The notes under the pieces are model-generated. The model saw nothing but the letters and a program-made list of their open reading frames with translations. It had not been told where the DNA came from and searched no databases. From Dictyostelium discoideum (Eukaryota): a DNA stretch of 64,000 nt. Of the stretch, positions 1-13,486 are shown piece after piece (position 1 is the stretch's first letter; every line of letters starts with the position of its first letter). The translations under genes were made by a program, and so were the position numbers. The stretch spans positions 2,464,001 to 2,528,000 of the forward strand of contig CM000155.2 of assembly GCA_000004695.1 (NCBI GenBank), given 5' to 3'.

Positions 1-3000
1 GAAGCATTAGATAAAGAATACGATGAAAAAGTATACGCCGGTCATTACAATGATAAAATACGTGCAAAATACACATCACAATATAGTGGTAGAGATTTAC
101 CATACATTCACAGCACATTGGAGATGTTGACCAGTGGTAGAGCAATCGAAGAGAAAATGATATATCCAAAAAGTACATTTAAAATCGTAAAAGATAGACA
201 TGGAAAAGAGATATACGTGAAGACAAATAAAGAGGATCTAGATGATTTCCTTGGGAGTGGTAGAAAAGGAGCACAAGTAAATTTGGATAATATTAGATTT
301 GAGTTTGTACCAAAATACGAGCATGTACTTCATCCAGAAATCGCAAGATTATCCAAACCAAATCAACAACAATTCATTAGAATGGTGGAGACCATCTCTA
401 GAGTTTTCTCCCAACTCGATCAATATTTAGAGAATTATCGTGAACAATTCACAAACAATGAATTGACCTACTTTGAAACCGCTTTGAAAATTTTACGTGA
501 AGAGTATTTGACAAATCCAGAATTTAGAAAGTCATTCGCCAAAGATCAAGCCGCTGATGCCGCCGCTGCCGCTGCTACTTCCACTGCCGCTGCTAATTCC
601 TCCTCCTCACCCTCATCATCATCATCTATAATTGGTTTAACAGAGTCAGAAGTTCAACAAGCAAATAGAGATGTTGAAATTTTATTAACCAATTTATTAA
701 AGGATTTACATACTAAAAAGATGAAAGCAGGTATTAACTATGAGATTAAACGTTCAATGAAAAGTTTTACACTCACACCAGAGGACAGAGATATTATAGA
801 GGAGGGAGCCTATCAAGAGAATCCAGATGCCACCTATGATCAAGCTGCTGCCGATGCATTAGGCGAAGAAATCGATGAGATTGATCTCGAGATTTTCGAA
901 GATGATACATTGGAACGTGGTCGTTATTTAGAGTTTGATATGATGGCTTATCTCAAACAAATCGAATCCACTCAAGCAACACTCTACCTTCACTTAAAAT
1001 CACTTCCAACCGTAGAGGAGAGAAAAGCAGTGATCAAAGATTTCTCTCAATTTAAAAACATTAGAGATTCAATTAGAAATCAAAGATTCGTCACATCAAA
1101 AGAGTCTGGTCAATCATTGAATGATTTGATCACCTCTCATATGACATTCATGAACACTCATGAATCTATCGTTCAAAAATTAACAGAATTGGAAACAATC
1201 GTTGAAGATCCAGAAATGGTTCAAACTAAATTAAATCTTGTTGAAGCTATTAAATTAAATACAACTCTTTCACCATTGCAATTATTTGAAAAATATATTG
1301 CGCCAGGTGCATCAAGGGAAGATATTGCCATGGAATTTGGTGAAAAATTTGTTAACGATAAAAATAATGATAATAATGAAAGTCGTCAAGTTGAAATCGA
1401 TGAATTGGAGAGTTCAGAATTTAAAAATAAACTTGAACAATTAAAAGCAGCAAAACAAAAAGAAGAACCAAAAAAAGTTTTAAATCAATTAGAACAAGAA
1501 TTAGAGAATAAAGATAAAGAATCAGGTGAAGGTGCTGAAGTTGATGCTGCTGCTGATACTCAAGGTGTAATTGAATTACCATCAATTGATGAATTATCAA
1601 AATCACCAGAGTTAATTGGTTATTTGGAAGAGCTCAACCAAAACATTGGAAAGTCTAATTATCCAATGTATGAAAAACATAGAACCTATCTTTTAAGAGA
1701 ATTAGAGAGACTCAACGCCGATAGAGATGCCAAAGTAAACACATGGGAGTTTGGTTCACTCACTGAACAATTGAAACAACTTTTAATTAAAAATGGTGCC
1801 GCCTTTGAAGACCTTGGTAATAGATTCGATGAGTTGACCACAAACGTTGTCAATTCACCATTTTCCGCTAAATACCTTCCATTGACTCCAGAGGCATTGG
1901 TAGAGAAAGAGAAACAATTGGACAATCTCAAACAATTACTCGAGGCTAGAATTAAATCAAACTATACTTTAAAGAAGGGTGAGGAGGTTGAACAAATGAT
2001 TAGATTACGTGAAGGTATTCAAATGTTTAGAGAGATGGGTTTAGACACCGATATGGAACTCATTGAAAAGACTATCTTTGAAGATGGTGAGCTCGATACA
2101 CCAAGCGTCAATTCCATTAGAGAGTCTGATATCTTTGAGCCAGTTCAATTGATAAAATCCCTCTACAAATTAGGTCCACATAGATTCGAAAATGCCGTTC
2201 AAAGTCTCAAGAGATTACCATCCATGGTTTACTATTGTCAATACATTAACGATCGTTTCTTAAATACAAATGATACCTTTATCGCTCCACTCGATATCAA
2301 TGAGCCAACCTTTGAAAAATTCCCTCCACTTTTAAATTATAATGATGATTATGTCGAAGGTTTGGAGTATGCAATTCCAATTTTAAATTATGATGGTCCT
2401 AAAACACTTTTAAAATTAGGTACTGTTGAACATGAAGAACTTACCTTTGATCATGAAAAGGCAGGTGTTGAATTAGCAGATCAAGAAGAAGAAGAAGGAT
2501 TTTTTGATGTAGAAAAAATACAAGAAGAAATGAAAGGCCAAGAAAAAGAACAACACCAACAACAACATCAACAACAACAACAACAAGAGGAAGATGAAGA
2601 AGAATATGAAAAAGAAGGATATGAAGAGGAAGATGTAGAAGGACATGAGGAGGAAAAAACCACTAAAATTCTCGGACTTGATCCAGTAAGAAGGTTCGAT
2701 GAAGACTATGCTGAAGAATCAGAAATATTATCTCAATTTAGCAAGAAAAATAGAACCTTTTTAGGAGAAGGTAGTTTAAATCAATTGGGTGACGTTTATC
2801 AAGATCCACTCGAACTTATCCAAGATGATAATGTTGTTGACCCTGGTGATGTTCAATTATTCGATAAAAAGATCGACCAATTAATCTCTAGTAGAGAAGC
2901 GGCTAATATTGTCACAGAATCTGAAGTTCCTATTACTGATCCAACTCAATTTATTAAATATCATCCAAAAGCCAGAGGAGAATTGGTCAGTAAAGACGAT

Positions 3001-5724
3001 GAAGAATGGGTCGATAAAATGCAGCAAAAACTATCATCAGGCAATGAGAGGGATGACGACGAAGAATATGATTATGATGATTTTGCAGAGGTAGAAGATA
3101 AAGATCCAGTCAGCTTGGAGGAATACATGAAAATCGATGAAAAGCAAAATCAAATTTATGAAAAATACCACAGTTCACTTTCTCTTAATAAAATGAAAGT
3201 TCGTGAAGAATTCATTGATCAAATTCATCTCAATAGAATGAATCAAATATTAAATGGTAAAGATTATAAAAATGGTTTAATCAATTTGGATGAAATGATC
3301 AAAGAATCAATCGTTGAACAAAGACAAAAACAACAACAACCACCATTATCACCAGAAGATTTAAAACTATTAAAAGATGGTTTACGTGATGAATTTGAAT
3401 CCATTCAAAAAGATATTGATCAAGTTATCCTTGAAGCTAAAAATATTAATGAACTCTCTAAAATGATGGAATCTCTTAAAAAATCTGAACTTCTCCAAGC
3501 TGAAAAAGAAAGTAAACTTGAAGAAGAAGAAGATGACGAAGAAGAAGAAGAAGAAGAGGACAATCAAGAATTAGAACAACAAAAAGAAGAATATAGTCAA
3601 GAAGAAGAATACGATCAAGAAGAATATGAACAACAAGAAAAAGATATGGAAGATAACGAATCAAAACTTCAAAAAGAAATAAGTGATCAATTGGAACAAG
3701 AAGAACTTAAAGAAATAGAAGCTTTAAAAACGAAAAGAGATTTAATAGATGATGATGTAATCACACTCGAGAATAGATTTAGTGAATGGATAAATGCTGA
3801 TAATTTAGGTGTAAATGAAAATGAACTCAAAAAATTAGAAAGTAATATTAAAAATCCTGAAGAATTAAACTTTCCAGAATTGTTAGATGACCGAAAGATT
3901 ATAGTCAAAGATCCAAAATCAATCTTAAAAATGAAAGAAGGAGCACTCAAACAATTAAAAGATAATTGGAATAAAGATGTACTCGTGTTGGAAGCTGATG
4001 AATTAGTTAATCCAAAAACCGTAAGAGCAGAGGACACTGAATCTATCCCAGATGATCTTACTCTTACCGATGAAGATGATCAAAATTTAGATGTTGAAGA
4101 TGCTGGTGACGTTGATTTTGATGTTGAAGAAAATAAAACCGATACAAAACTATTCATCAAAGGTGATGATATCCTTGCTTCTCAAAAAGTCGTAGAAGAT
4201 CAAGATATTGATGTTCTCCTCAATAGAGATAACCATACTGAAGTTAGTGAAGACAAAGAAGAAGAAGATGATGATGATGATGATATAGATAACATTGGAA
4301 TCTCAAATTTGGATGAAAATTCCGGTTCAGCCATTGATGCCTTTAAAAATCCAATTTTATCTGTTTCAGAAGAATCAATTTCAGAATTCAAGCCACCATC
4401 AACATCAGAAGTTACCCGTACAGAATCTGAAACATTAACATTCACCTTGAAGGAATTAAGTGAATATGAAGAGGTGATTCATCAACGTAAACTTTTAAGA
4501 ATTTATCGTTCATTCCCAAACTTTGGTATTTCTGATGAGTCACAGTTCAAAACTGATGAACTCATTTACGATGAAGATGGTGATAACGATTTCGCTGATA
4601 AATTATTCCTCATGGAAGTTAATACACTCTTAAACAAAGGTAATATCATGGATCAAGCAAGCAGACCAATCTTTGAAAATCAAAATGATGATCGTTTCAA
4701 TAATGTTGGTGCAGATGAAAGATTGGCCCAAGAGATGGGTTATGACAAAGATGACCTTTACGATGAAGATGAATCCCAAATGACTGAAGTCGAACAAGTA
4801 TTGCCACAAGTTCCAAATTCCGAAAATGATATGGCAGCCGCAAGAGCCTTTGAACTTGAAATGCAAACTAAAGAAATTCAACAATGGCGTGACGTTCCTC
4901 GTCTTGAAAATGCAAAGATTGTCGATATCTCTCGTCATGTTAAAGTAACCACAGCCGGTCGTGTTCAATCTTTTTCAGTAACCATTTTCAATGGTGATGG
5001 TAATGGTACCGCTGGTATGGGTTATGGTAAAGGTGATAGTGCATCATCTGCCTTAAGAAGAGCTTTCAAAGATTCCGAAAGAAACGCCTTCAGTTTGGAT
5101 AGATACAACCATCTCACTCTTCCATCTGGTTTAGATTTCAAATATAGAAGTACCAAAGTTAAATTCATCAAGAGTAGACCAATGGATTTTATGGATCATC
5201 GTGGTATTAAACCAAGTCTCATCTTACCAACTATCGGTCTTCATGGTGTCACCTTTAGAACCTATGGTAAGAAAGATTGGAACTCTGTCTTATTAGCCAT
5301 CCAAAAATGTCTACCACATTATACAAATCCTCAAGAAGCTGCTCGTATCATGGGTAAGAAATTCGTAACTCCAAATAGAGAAAAAGCTCAAAACAAAACT
5401 CTTCATCAATTATTAAAATCTAAACTCGAAACCAGAAATAATGATCCTTACAATTTAGGTATGGTTAGTAAATTCCTCTTTGATGTCGAAGATAAACCAG
5501 ATATCAATGAAATTAAAGAACGTAGATATCAAGAAGAAATTGATCAATTATTCGAACGTTATCCAATCGCTCCTTCAACACCTTTCTTGGGTGATAATGT
5601 TGAAGATTTTAAATTTAAAGGTATTAATATTAATGGTAATGGTAATGGTAATGGTAATCGTAAACATATTGATAAAATGCATCAAAAAGGTAGAAAACAT
5701 GGACGTAATACAAGAAATTTATAA
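1..5724 (+). CDS. Mitochondrial ribosomal protein S5 (uS5m) homolog, 5'-partial. The frame is open from nt 1, so the gene starts upstream of the window. It has a long acidic low-complexity N-terminal extension.
   Basis: Continuous 5.7-kb ORF in frame 1 with no stop between nt 1 and the TAA at 5722-5724. The ORF track starts it at a TTG at 118, which is not a real start. The C-terminal region (about 4880-5300) carries the uS5 signature GRVQSFSVTIFNGDGNGTAGMGYGKGDSASSALRRAFKDS followed by LPTIGLHGVTF, which matches both S5 domains. The upstream part contains poly-Q, acidic and poly-N tracts. Confidence 0.6.
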   Translation, partial: EALDKEYDEKVYAGHYNDKIRAKYTSQYSGRDLPYIHSTLEMLTSGRAIEEKMIYPKSTFKIVKDRHGKEIYVKTNKEDLDDFLGSGRKGAQVNLDNIRFEFVPKYEHVLHPEIARLSKPNQQQFIRMVETISRVFSQLDQYLENYREQFTNNELTYFETALKILREEYLTNPEFRKSFAKDQAADAAAAAATSTAAANSSSSPSSSSSIIGLTESEVQQANRDVEILLTNLLKDLHTKKMKAGINYEIKRSMKSFTLTPEDRDIIEEGAYQENPDATYDQAAADALGEEIDEIDLEIFEDDTLERGRYLEFDMMAYLKQIESTQATLYLHLKSLPTVEERKAVIKDFSQFKNIRDSIRNQRFVTSKESGQSLNDLITSHMTFMNTHESIVQKLTELETIVEDPEMVQTKLNLVEAIKLNTTLSPLQLFEKYIAPGASREDIAMEFGEKFVNDKNNDNNESRQVEIDELESSEFKNKLEQLKAAKQKEEPKKVLNQLEQELENKDKESGEGAEVDAAADTQGVIELPSIDELSKSPELIGYLEELNQNIGKSNYPMYEKHRTYLLRELERLNADRDAKVNTWEFGSLTEQLKQLLIKNGAAFEDLGNRFDELTTNVVNSPFSAKYLPLTPEALVEKEKQLDNLKQLLEARIKSNYTLKKGEEVEQMIRLREGIQMFREMGLDTDMELIEKTIFEDGELDTPSVNSIRESDIFEPVQLIKSLYKLGPHRFENAVQSLKRLPSMVYYCQYINDRFLNTNDTFIAPLDINEPTFEKFPPLLNYNDDYVEGLEYAIPILNYDGPKTLLKLGTVEHEELTFDHEKAGVELADQEEEEGFFDVEKIQEEMKGQEKEQHQQQHQQQQQQEEDEEEYEKEGYEEEDVEGHEEEKTTKILGLDPVRRFDEDYAEESEILSQFSKKNRTFLGEGSLNQLGDVYQDPLELIQDDNVVDPGDVQLFDKKIDQLISSREAANIVTESEVPITDPTQFIKYHPKARGELVSKDDEEWVDKMQQKLSSGNERDDDEEYDYDDFAEVEDKDPVSLEEYMKIDEKQNQIYEKYHSSLSLNKMKVREEFIDQIHLNRMNQILNGKDYKNGLINLDEMIKESIVEQRQKQQQPPLSPEDLKLLKDGLRDEFESIQKDIDQVILEAKNINELSKMMESLKKSELLQAEKESKLEEEEDDEEEEEEEDNQELEQQKEEYSQEEEYDQEEYEQQEKDMEDNESKLQKEISDQLEQEELKEIEALKTKRDLIDDDVITLENRFSEWINADNLGVNENELKKLESNIKNPEELNFPELLDDRKIIVKDPKSILKMKEGALKQLKDNWNKDVLVLEADELVNPKTVRAEDTESIPDDLTLTDEDDQNLDVEDAGDVDFDVEENKTDTKLFIKGDDILASQKVVEDQDIDVLLNRDNHTEVSEDKEEEDDDDDDIDNIGISNLDENSGSAIDAFKNPILSVSEESISEFKPPSTSEVTRTESETLTFTLKELSEYEEVIHQRKLLRIYRSFPNFGISDESQFKTDELIYDEDGDNDFADKLFLMEVNTLLNKGNIMDQASRPIFENQNDDRFNNVGADERLAQEMGYDKDDLYDEDESQMTEVEQVLPQVPNSENDMAAARAFELEMQTKEIQQWRDVPRLENAKIVDISRHVKVTTAGRVQSFSVTIFNGDGNGTAGMGYGKGDSASSALRRAFKDSERNAFSLDRYNHLTLPSGLDFKYRSTKVKFIKSRPMDFMDHRGIKPSLILPTIGLHGVTFRTYGKKDWNSVLLAIQKCLPHYTNPQEAARIMGKKFVTPNREKAQNKTLHQLLKSKLETRNNDPYNLGMVSKFLFDVEDKPDINEIKERRYQEEIDQLFERYPIAPSTPFLGDNVEDFKFKGININGNGNGNGNRKHIDKMHQKGRKHGRNTRNL

Positions 5725-6029
5725 ATAAAAAAAAAAAAAAAATAATAATAATATAATTTAATTCATTTACTTCTTTTTTAAAAAAAAAAAAAATAATAAT
5801 ACAAACTCATATATTAAAAAAAAAAAAAAAAAACAATAATAAATAAAATCATTAATTAAAAAAAAAAAAAAAACCATTTAGTTTACACTTGTTATTTTGG
5901 AAAAAAAAAAAAACTTTCCCAAATCTTGAGTTTTACTTTTTTTTTTTTTTTATGTTTTTTTTTTTTTTAATTTTATATTTGTGTTTGTGTGTTATAAGAT
6001 TTAAAATTTTCATAAAAAATAATAATAAA

Positions 6030-6198
6030 ATGGAAGAGTTTCATAGAAGTTTTTGTGAGTACATGGAGAAAGAGCATCCTGGACATTGGCTAGATACGAT
6101 CTTGTATGGGGATATAAATAATAGGAATATTATCATTAATGAAGCTTTGGAAGAGATTTGGAGCCAGGAAATATATGATAGTATGCCACTATTATTGA

Positions 6199-6285
<87 letters not shown>

Positions 6286-6509
6286 GTAATAATAATAATA
6301 ATAATAATAATCATATTAATAATAATAATATTAATAATAATAATCATAATAATAATAATAATTCTAAAATTGGTAAAGTGAATGTTGATGTTGGTGAATT
6401 TTGTTTTGACAAATACTATAAATATTTAAACAATTTTGAAGAATCAAAAATAAATATATCAATAGTTAAACAGTTTGAATTCTATATTAAATGTGTTTAT
6501 TTTATTTAA
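6030..6509 (+). CDS. Small hypothetical protein of about 160 aa (MEEFHRSFCEYMEKEHPGHW...poly-N...KYLNNFEESKINISIVKQFEFYIKCVYF). It is a paralog of 9465..9824.
   Basis: The ATG at 6030 follows the A/T-rich leader. The track ORF 5889..6509 starts earlier in poly-F low complexity. The C-terminal 40 aa are about 75% identical to the 9465 gene. The 3' end lies inside a 64-bp perfect inverted repeat and the C-terminus is truncated relative to the paralog, so this may be a decaying copy. Confidence 0.35.
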
Positions 6510-6675
6510 TATTTTAAAAAAAAAAACCTGTTGGCTATATATATATATATGATAATTACTTAAAAATGATATTAAAATCTTCTTTTGAAAGTTCAAAAAA
6601 TCCGTGAAAATAATAAACACATTTAATATAGAATTCAAACTGTTTAACTATTGATATATTTATTTTTGATTCTTC
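6438..6675. repeat. Perfect 64-bp inverted repeat (arms 6438-6501 and 6612-6675) separated by a 110-bp AT-rich spacer.
   Basis: Arm 1 is gaagaatcaaaaataaatatatcaatagttaaacagtttgaattctatattaaatgtgtttatt. Arm 2 is its exact reverse complement. Imperfect similarity extends about 10 bp beyond each arm. Arm 1 encodes the C-terminus of the 6030..6509 ORF. Confidence 0.9.
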
Positions 6676-6679
6676 ATAA

Positions 6680-6685
6680 TTGTTG

Positions 6686-6726
<41 letters not shown>

Positions 6727-6973
6727 TGTTTTAAAATTTAAAAAATTCTATACAAATAAATTAGAATTTTATAAATGGGAAAGTTATATAGCTTGTAGAT
6801 ACCCAAAATATTTTTCATATTTTTATAAAACACCTCAAATTAATGATATTATTGATACAGTTGTAACAGATTTACTTTCAAAACCAAGTAAAGAATCTTT
6901 TAAATTTTTATTAGAATTTATTGAAAGTGTTAAAAGTTTTACATGTGCAGTATGTATGATTATATATATATAA
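6680..6973 (+). CDS. Open frame (...YKWESYIACRYPKYFSYFYKTPQINDIIDTVV...KFLLEFIESVKSF) paralogous to 9946..10140. It is a probable downstream exon of the small gene, or a 5' exon of the duplicated large gene.
   Basis: About 70% amino-acid identity with the frame at 9946-10140. Both are preceded by a long A-run and followed by a GTATGT immediately after a conserved TGT-ACA/GCA codon pair, so each is probably an internal exon. There is no convincing ATG of its own. The poly-K start given by the track is an artefact of the A-run. Confidence 0.3.
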
Positions 6974-7299
6974 TTTATATATTCAATAATTTTTTTTTAT
7001 TCATTTTTATTTAATTTAAATAATAATAATAACATTTTTTTTTTAATTTTATTATGTTATTATGTTTTATTTTTTTTAAAAGGAATTATCAAATAAAATT
7101 TTTAAAATTGTTATCAAAAATCATATGGTATTGGTAGTTATAATTTATTATTTATATAAATAATATTAACCGAAAAATTTAATTTAAGAAATGTTGGGAC
7201 TATTTATGATTTCATTATAAATATTACCAGTTTGGAGACTCTCAATAAAAAAAAAGATAAAGAATATATTGAAATTAAAAAATTTAATTAGGTTTTGTA

Positions 7300-8812
<1,513 letters not shown>

Positions 8813-9464
8813 ATAAAGGATCACCCAAACTAATTCTATTTTTAATATTAAAAGATTTTTATTACCAATAAAACCAATAAATAAAAAATAAAAAAAAAAA
8901 AAAAAAAATAAGATTTGTTTTAATTTATCACTAATTGTGTACCTCTTTAACTTTATTTATTTTTTTATAATTTTTTTAAAATTTATTTTAAATAAATAAA
9001 AAAAAAAAATTGTTGAAATTAATAATGGTTATTTAAAAGCAAAATTTTAATCATTTCCAATTAAAATTTTTTTTTATCTCTTTATTTATTTTCTATCCAT
9101 TTTTAATTTATCAAAATAAAATTCCAAATAAAAAAAAAAAAAGAAATATGTTTAAATTTAATTTTTAAATTACCAACCAAACAAGATTTTCAAATTAATA
9201 TTAATAAAATTATTATCAATTTTTGTTTAAATTTCTAAAATAAAATAAATTAATGTAATGTTATTAAATATAATTCAAAAATTTCCTAATGTATCTAAAT
9301 AAAAAAAAAAAAATAAAAAAATTATACACCTTTTTAATTTATTTTTGTTTTTATTTTTATTACACTTTTTTTTTATTTTTTTTTTGTTGTTTTTTCACAT
9401 TTTTTTTTTTGTTTTTTCATTTTCTTTTTTTCATTTTCTTAATTCCATTTTTTTAATTTCCACA

Positions 9465-9597
9465 ATGAATTTGGCTAATATCTTAGATAAAGCTTTAGAA
9501 GAGCTTCGGGAGAAGGAATTAACTGATAGTTTGACACAACACGTTAATAATAATAATACTAATAATATTATTAATAGTAATAATAATAATAATAATA

Positions 9598-9659
<62 letters not shown>

Positions 9660-9864
9660 TCTGTGGAGGAATTTAGTTTTAAAAAACATTCTAAATATTT
9701 AAACAATTTTGAAGAATCAAAAATAAATGGGTCAACAGTAAAACAGTTTGAATTCTTTATGAAAAGTGTTTATTTTCACGAATTTGAACTCTCAAAAGAA
9801 GATTTAAATATCGTTTTTAAGTAATTATCATATATACAGTTTTAAGTTTCAAATCAAATACTAA

Positions 9865-9910
<46 letters not shown>

Positions 9911-10140
9911 TATTTCAAAATTTAAAAAATTCTATACTAAAATAGGCTATTATAAATGGGAGAGTTATATAGCTTGTAGATATCCAAAATATTTTTCATA
10001 TTTTCATAAACCAACTCGAATTAATGATATTATAGATTCAATTGTAAAAGCTATATTGCTTTCAAAACCATGTAAAGGATCATATAAATTTTTATTAGAA
10101 TTTATTGAAAGTGTTAATGATTATATATGTACAGTATGTA
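9465..10140 (+). CDS. Small hypothetical gene (MNLANILDKALEELREKELTDSL...poly-N...KYLNNFEESKINGSTVKQFEFFMKSVYFHEFELSKEDLNIVF), with a probable second exon at 9946..about 10140.
   Basis: ATG at 9465, with the ORF running to 9824. A candidate phase-1 donor A|GTAATT lies at 9822/9823 and a matching acceptor AAAATAG|GC at 9945/9946. Together they join in frame to ...SYYKWESYIACRYPKYFSYFHKPTRINDIID...LEFIESVNDYICT. The second exon ends at a GTATGT donor near 10140 and may splice on into the 10343 ORF. That linkage is unresolved because the phases do not match at the candidate sites I found. Confidence 0.35.
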
Positions 10141-10342
10141 TAATACTTAACAACATTCACATACACACACACACCACTCTCTCTTCACTTTAATAATATT
10201 TTAACATATTTTATTTTTTTTTTTAAAAAATAAAAAAAAAAAATAAAAAAATAATAAGAAAGTTGCAGATAAAATTTATGCAATTATTTTAGATAATAAT
10301 TATGAAGTACTTGGTTTTGATCATTATAATTTATTTTTTATA

Positions 10343-11089
10343 TTGATAATAATAGCTGATAAAATTAGTGCAAATCCACAGGGTATTATAGGATATTTTA
10401 TTAATATTAGCATTTTAGAGATTCCTAATGAAAAAAAACATATGGAATATTTGTTAAAATTCAAAAATTTTATTGTCTATTATTACAAAAAAAATACACA
10501 AGAAGTTTTGAACCAAGAGTTATTTTCATTTCTTGCAGCATTTCATGGACCAGATTTACAAAAACAAAACCAACAATATTTATTAGATTTGGTTTATGAT
10601 ATTAAAAGTTTTCCAGGAAAAGAATACTTGGTTAAAGAACTACTTTCACATGGTTATTACGATTTATTTTTAATGGAATATGCAGAAACAAAAAAACCAG
10701 CTTTTCATTTCTTTTTGTTGAACCATTTACCATTTAATGAATTTCTCAATCTTTCAAAGAATTTCTATTATCATAGTTTTAGAAAATTTTTTAAGAGATC
10801 ACCACCATGGAATTCTGATGCATTCTTAAGAGCATTGTTTCATTCTAATCAGGTACTTTTAAATCCAACTAAAACTGAATACATTTTCAAAATGGTTGAA
10901 GCTTCAACATCTTTATCAACAAATAATATTAAATCATTATATGATGCAGCTTTTCAATTTTCATTAAAATCATCATCATCATCACATTTCTCATCTACTG
11001 TATCAACTTGTTCACCATCTTTATCACCAATATCAACTTTATTTAAATCACATAAATTTTTATCAGAATTATTTGATGAAACTCTATCA

Positions 11090-11130
<41 letters not shown>

Positions 11131-11297
11131 AGTAAAAAAATTATTCTTAACAAATAATTTAGAATTCTTTTTAAAAGTATTAACTATTGATAATATTGAT
11201 AAATATTTATTACAAATTTTTGGTAAAAATAAATTATTATCTTCAAAAATTTATATTGATAAAATCAATTCTAAATTTAATAGTAATAATAATAATG

Positions 11298-11350
<53 letters not shown>

Positions 11351-12936
11351 CAAAAATTTATAAATTATTTACCATTATCAACAGAATTTAAAGAAAGAAT
11401 TTTATATATGTTAAGTTGTGATAAATCAATTGCACAATTTCAAAGATTAAATATAGTTATGGTTTGCAAACATTTCTTTTCTACATTTAGTAAACTTATT
11501 AATAATTCAACGATTGTACCAATCATTTTAAGTTATAATCAATTTAGTAATCTTATTAGTAATTCATTTAAAAATTTTAGATCAAATTCAATGATTTCAT
11601 TTCAAAAAGTGAAATATTTAAAGATCTTTAACGATAGAATTCCAAAACTAACAAACACTGAAAAAATTGAAGAATCAAAATTATCATTAAGATCAAAACA
11701 ATTGAAAAATATATTATCACCACCACCACCACCAATGACAACTAAATTATTTACATCAACAATGTTAACCCATGAAAGTTTTTTTGGTTCAATCTATTTT
11801 TCAATTGACTTTTTCACTGGATTAGAAATTCTTGAAATTGATCAACTCATTGAATTTCATCAAGTTTTATTACTCAAATCACTAAAAAAGATAATATTAC
11901 ATCTTGAACAAAGTGAAGGTTCATCATTTGGTCCTGAAGATAAAGAGAAAATCGATCTTTTAGTAAATGGTGGTATTTTCAATGATTTTACAACTGATGG
12001 ATATATTGTTGAATTACATTTCAAACATTATAAAAATAAAAATCATGGTATAGATATGTCATTAGTGAAATCAGTTTCAATGGGATTATCGAAATTCTTT
12101 GATTTATTCGATGATGATATGGCATCAATACCAATACTTTATTTAGATTTAAATGATTCTCCAACAAGAAATTCACTAGAAACCTTTAAAAAATATTTAA
12201 AATCATCTCCAAAGAAATTATTATTAAATGAATTACATTTACATTTTTCAGTTCATAGTAGTAGCATAATAGGTAATAATAATAATAATAATAATAATAT
12301 TTTAAGTATTGAAAATATTTTAGAGAATTTCAAATCATTCAGTAAAATTCAAACATTATATTTCCATATTACATCCAATGAAATACCAATACCATCTAAA
12401 GTAACCATACAATCAGTTATTAAATCAACACTCGAATTTATTTTATCAAACTTCAAAATGGTCAACAAAGTTTTATTCATCGATGAATATGGTCTTCCAT
12501 TGAATATTGATTGGTATCATATTTTAAATATATTACCTAAAGTGAATATAAATACTTTTGATTTCATAGGGTTTCATATTGATAACCAACCTGATATCAC
12601 AAAGGCTATTGAAGGAAATAATAAAAATAATTTATCAATTAACCAACAACAAAAAGAACAACCAACAAAAACAACAACAACATCAACAAAAACAACAACA
12701 ATAACACCGACAGTAGCAGAAACAAAACAACCAAAAGCAGCAAAAACATCAGAAACAAGACAACCAACACCAATAAAAACAAAACAAACAACAACAACAC
12801 CAACACCAACACCAATAAAAACAACACCAACACCAACACCAACAACAACACCAACACCAACACCAACAACAAAAATACCAACACCAACACCAACAACCAC
12901 AAAAACAACAACAACACCAACACCAACAACAACACC

Positions 12937-12982
<46 letters not shown>

Positions 12983-13486
12983 CCAACACCAACAACAACA
13001 CCAACACCAACAACAACACCAACAACCTCAAAACAACCTCAAAAACCTAAAGAACAATCGCATGAAAACATTGCTTTTACAGATTTTTATGGTTTTAATG
13101 AAAAGAATAGTGAAAAAGATAGCGAAGATGAAGATGAAGATGAAGATGAAGATGAAGATGAAGATGAAGATGAAGATGAAGATGAAGATGATGAGGATAA
13201 GTTTTCGGATGATTGTAGTTCTGACTCATTTTATTTTAGAGAGTACTCTGATAAAAGAGAACTTGGTCAAACTGATGATGGACAATTCACTCCATCAAAA
13301 TATTCCAGAACGAGACATATGTATCATGGTGGTGGTGGTGATGATTCTGATGATTCTGATGATGGCTCAGACTCTGATGAAGCCGCTAACTTTTTTGCTC
13401 ATCAATTAGCAAGAGCTTCATTACATGGAATGTTGGGTGCTTTAGGTTTTCTTGATAATTCCGATAGTGACGATGATTCTGATTGA
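10343..13486 (+). CDS. Large hypothetical protein (at least 1047 aa) with poly-N tracts, a T/P-rich mucin-like repeat region (12650-13030), a (DE)n acidic run (13125-13200) and a conserved C-terminus (FYGFNEKNSEKD...DDCSSDSFYFREYSDKRELGQTDDGQF...LHGMLGALGFLD).
   Basis: 3.1-kb uninterrupted ORF. The frame is open upstream back to 10247 with no in-frame ATG, and the track start at 10343 is a TTG, so the true 5' end probably lies in upstream exons. The ACACCAACACCAACA repeats encode TPTPTT. I recognise no family. Confidence 0.6.

Noticed and set aside
1421-4968. Small minus-strand ORFs inside the 1..5724 gene (1421, 1686, 3382, 3476, 3687, 4200, 4630), and plus-strand 2909 and 5480 in other frames.
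   Set aside because: They lie inside a 5.7-kb continuous ORF with a conserved domain. They are low-complexity (poly-L/F/S) antisense or off-frame artefacts.
12574-13031. Minus-strand ORFs 12574..12900 and 12639..13031 (poly-V/G and poly-L).
   Set aside because: These are antisense translations of the (ACACCAACA)n TP-repeat region of the 10343 gene. Their composition is pure low complexity and they lie wholly inside a better-supported sense ORF.
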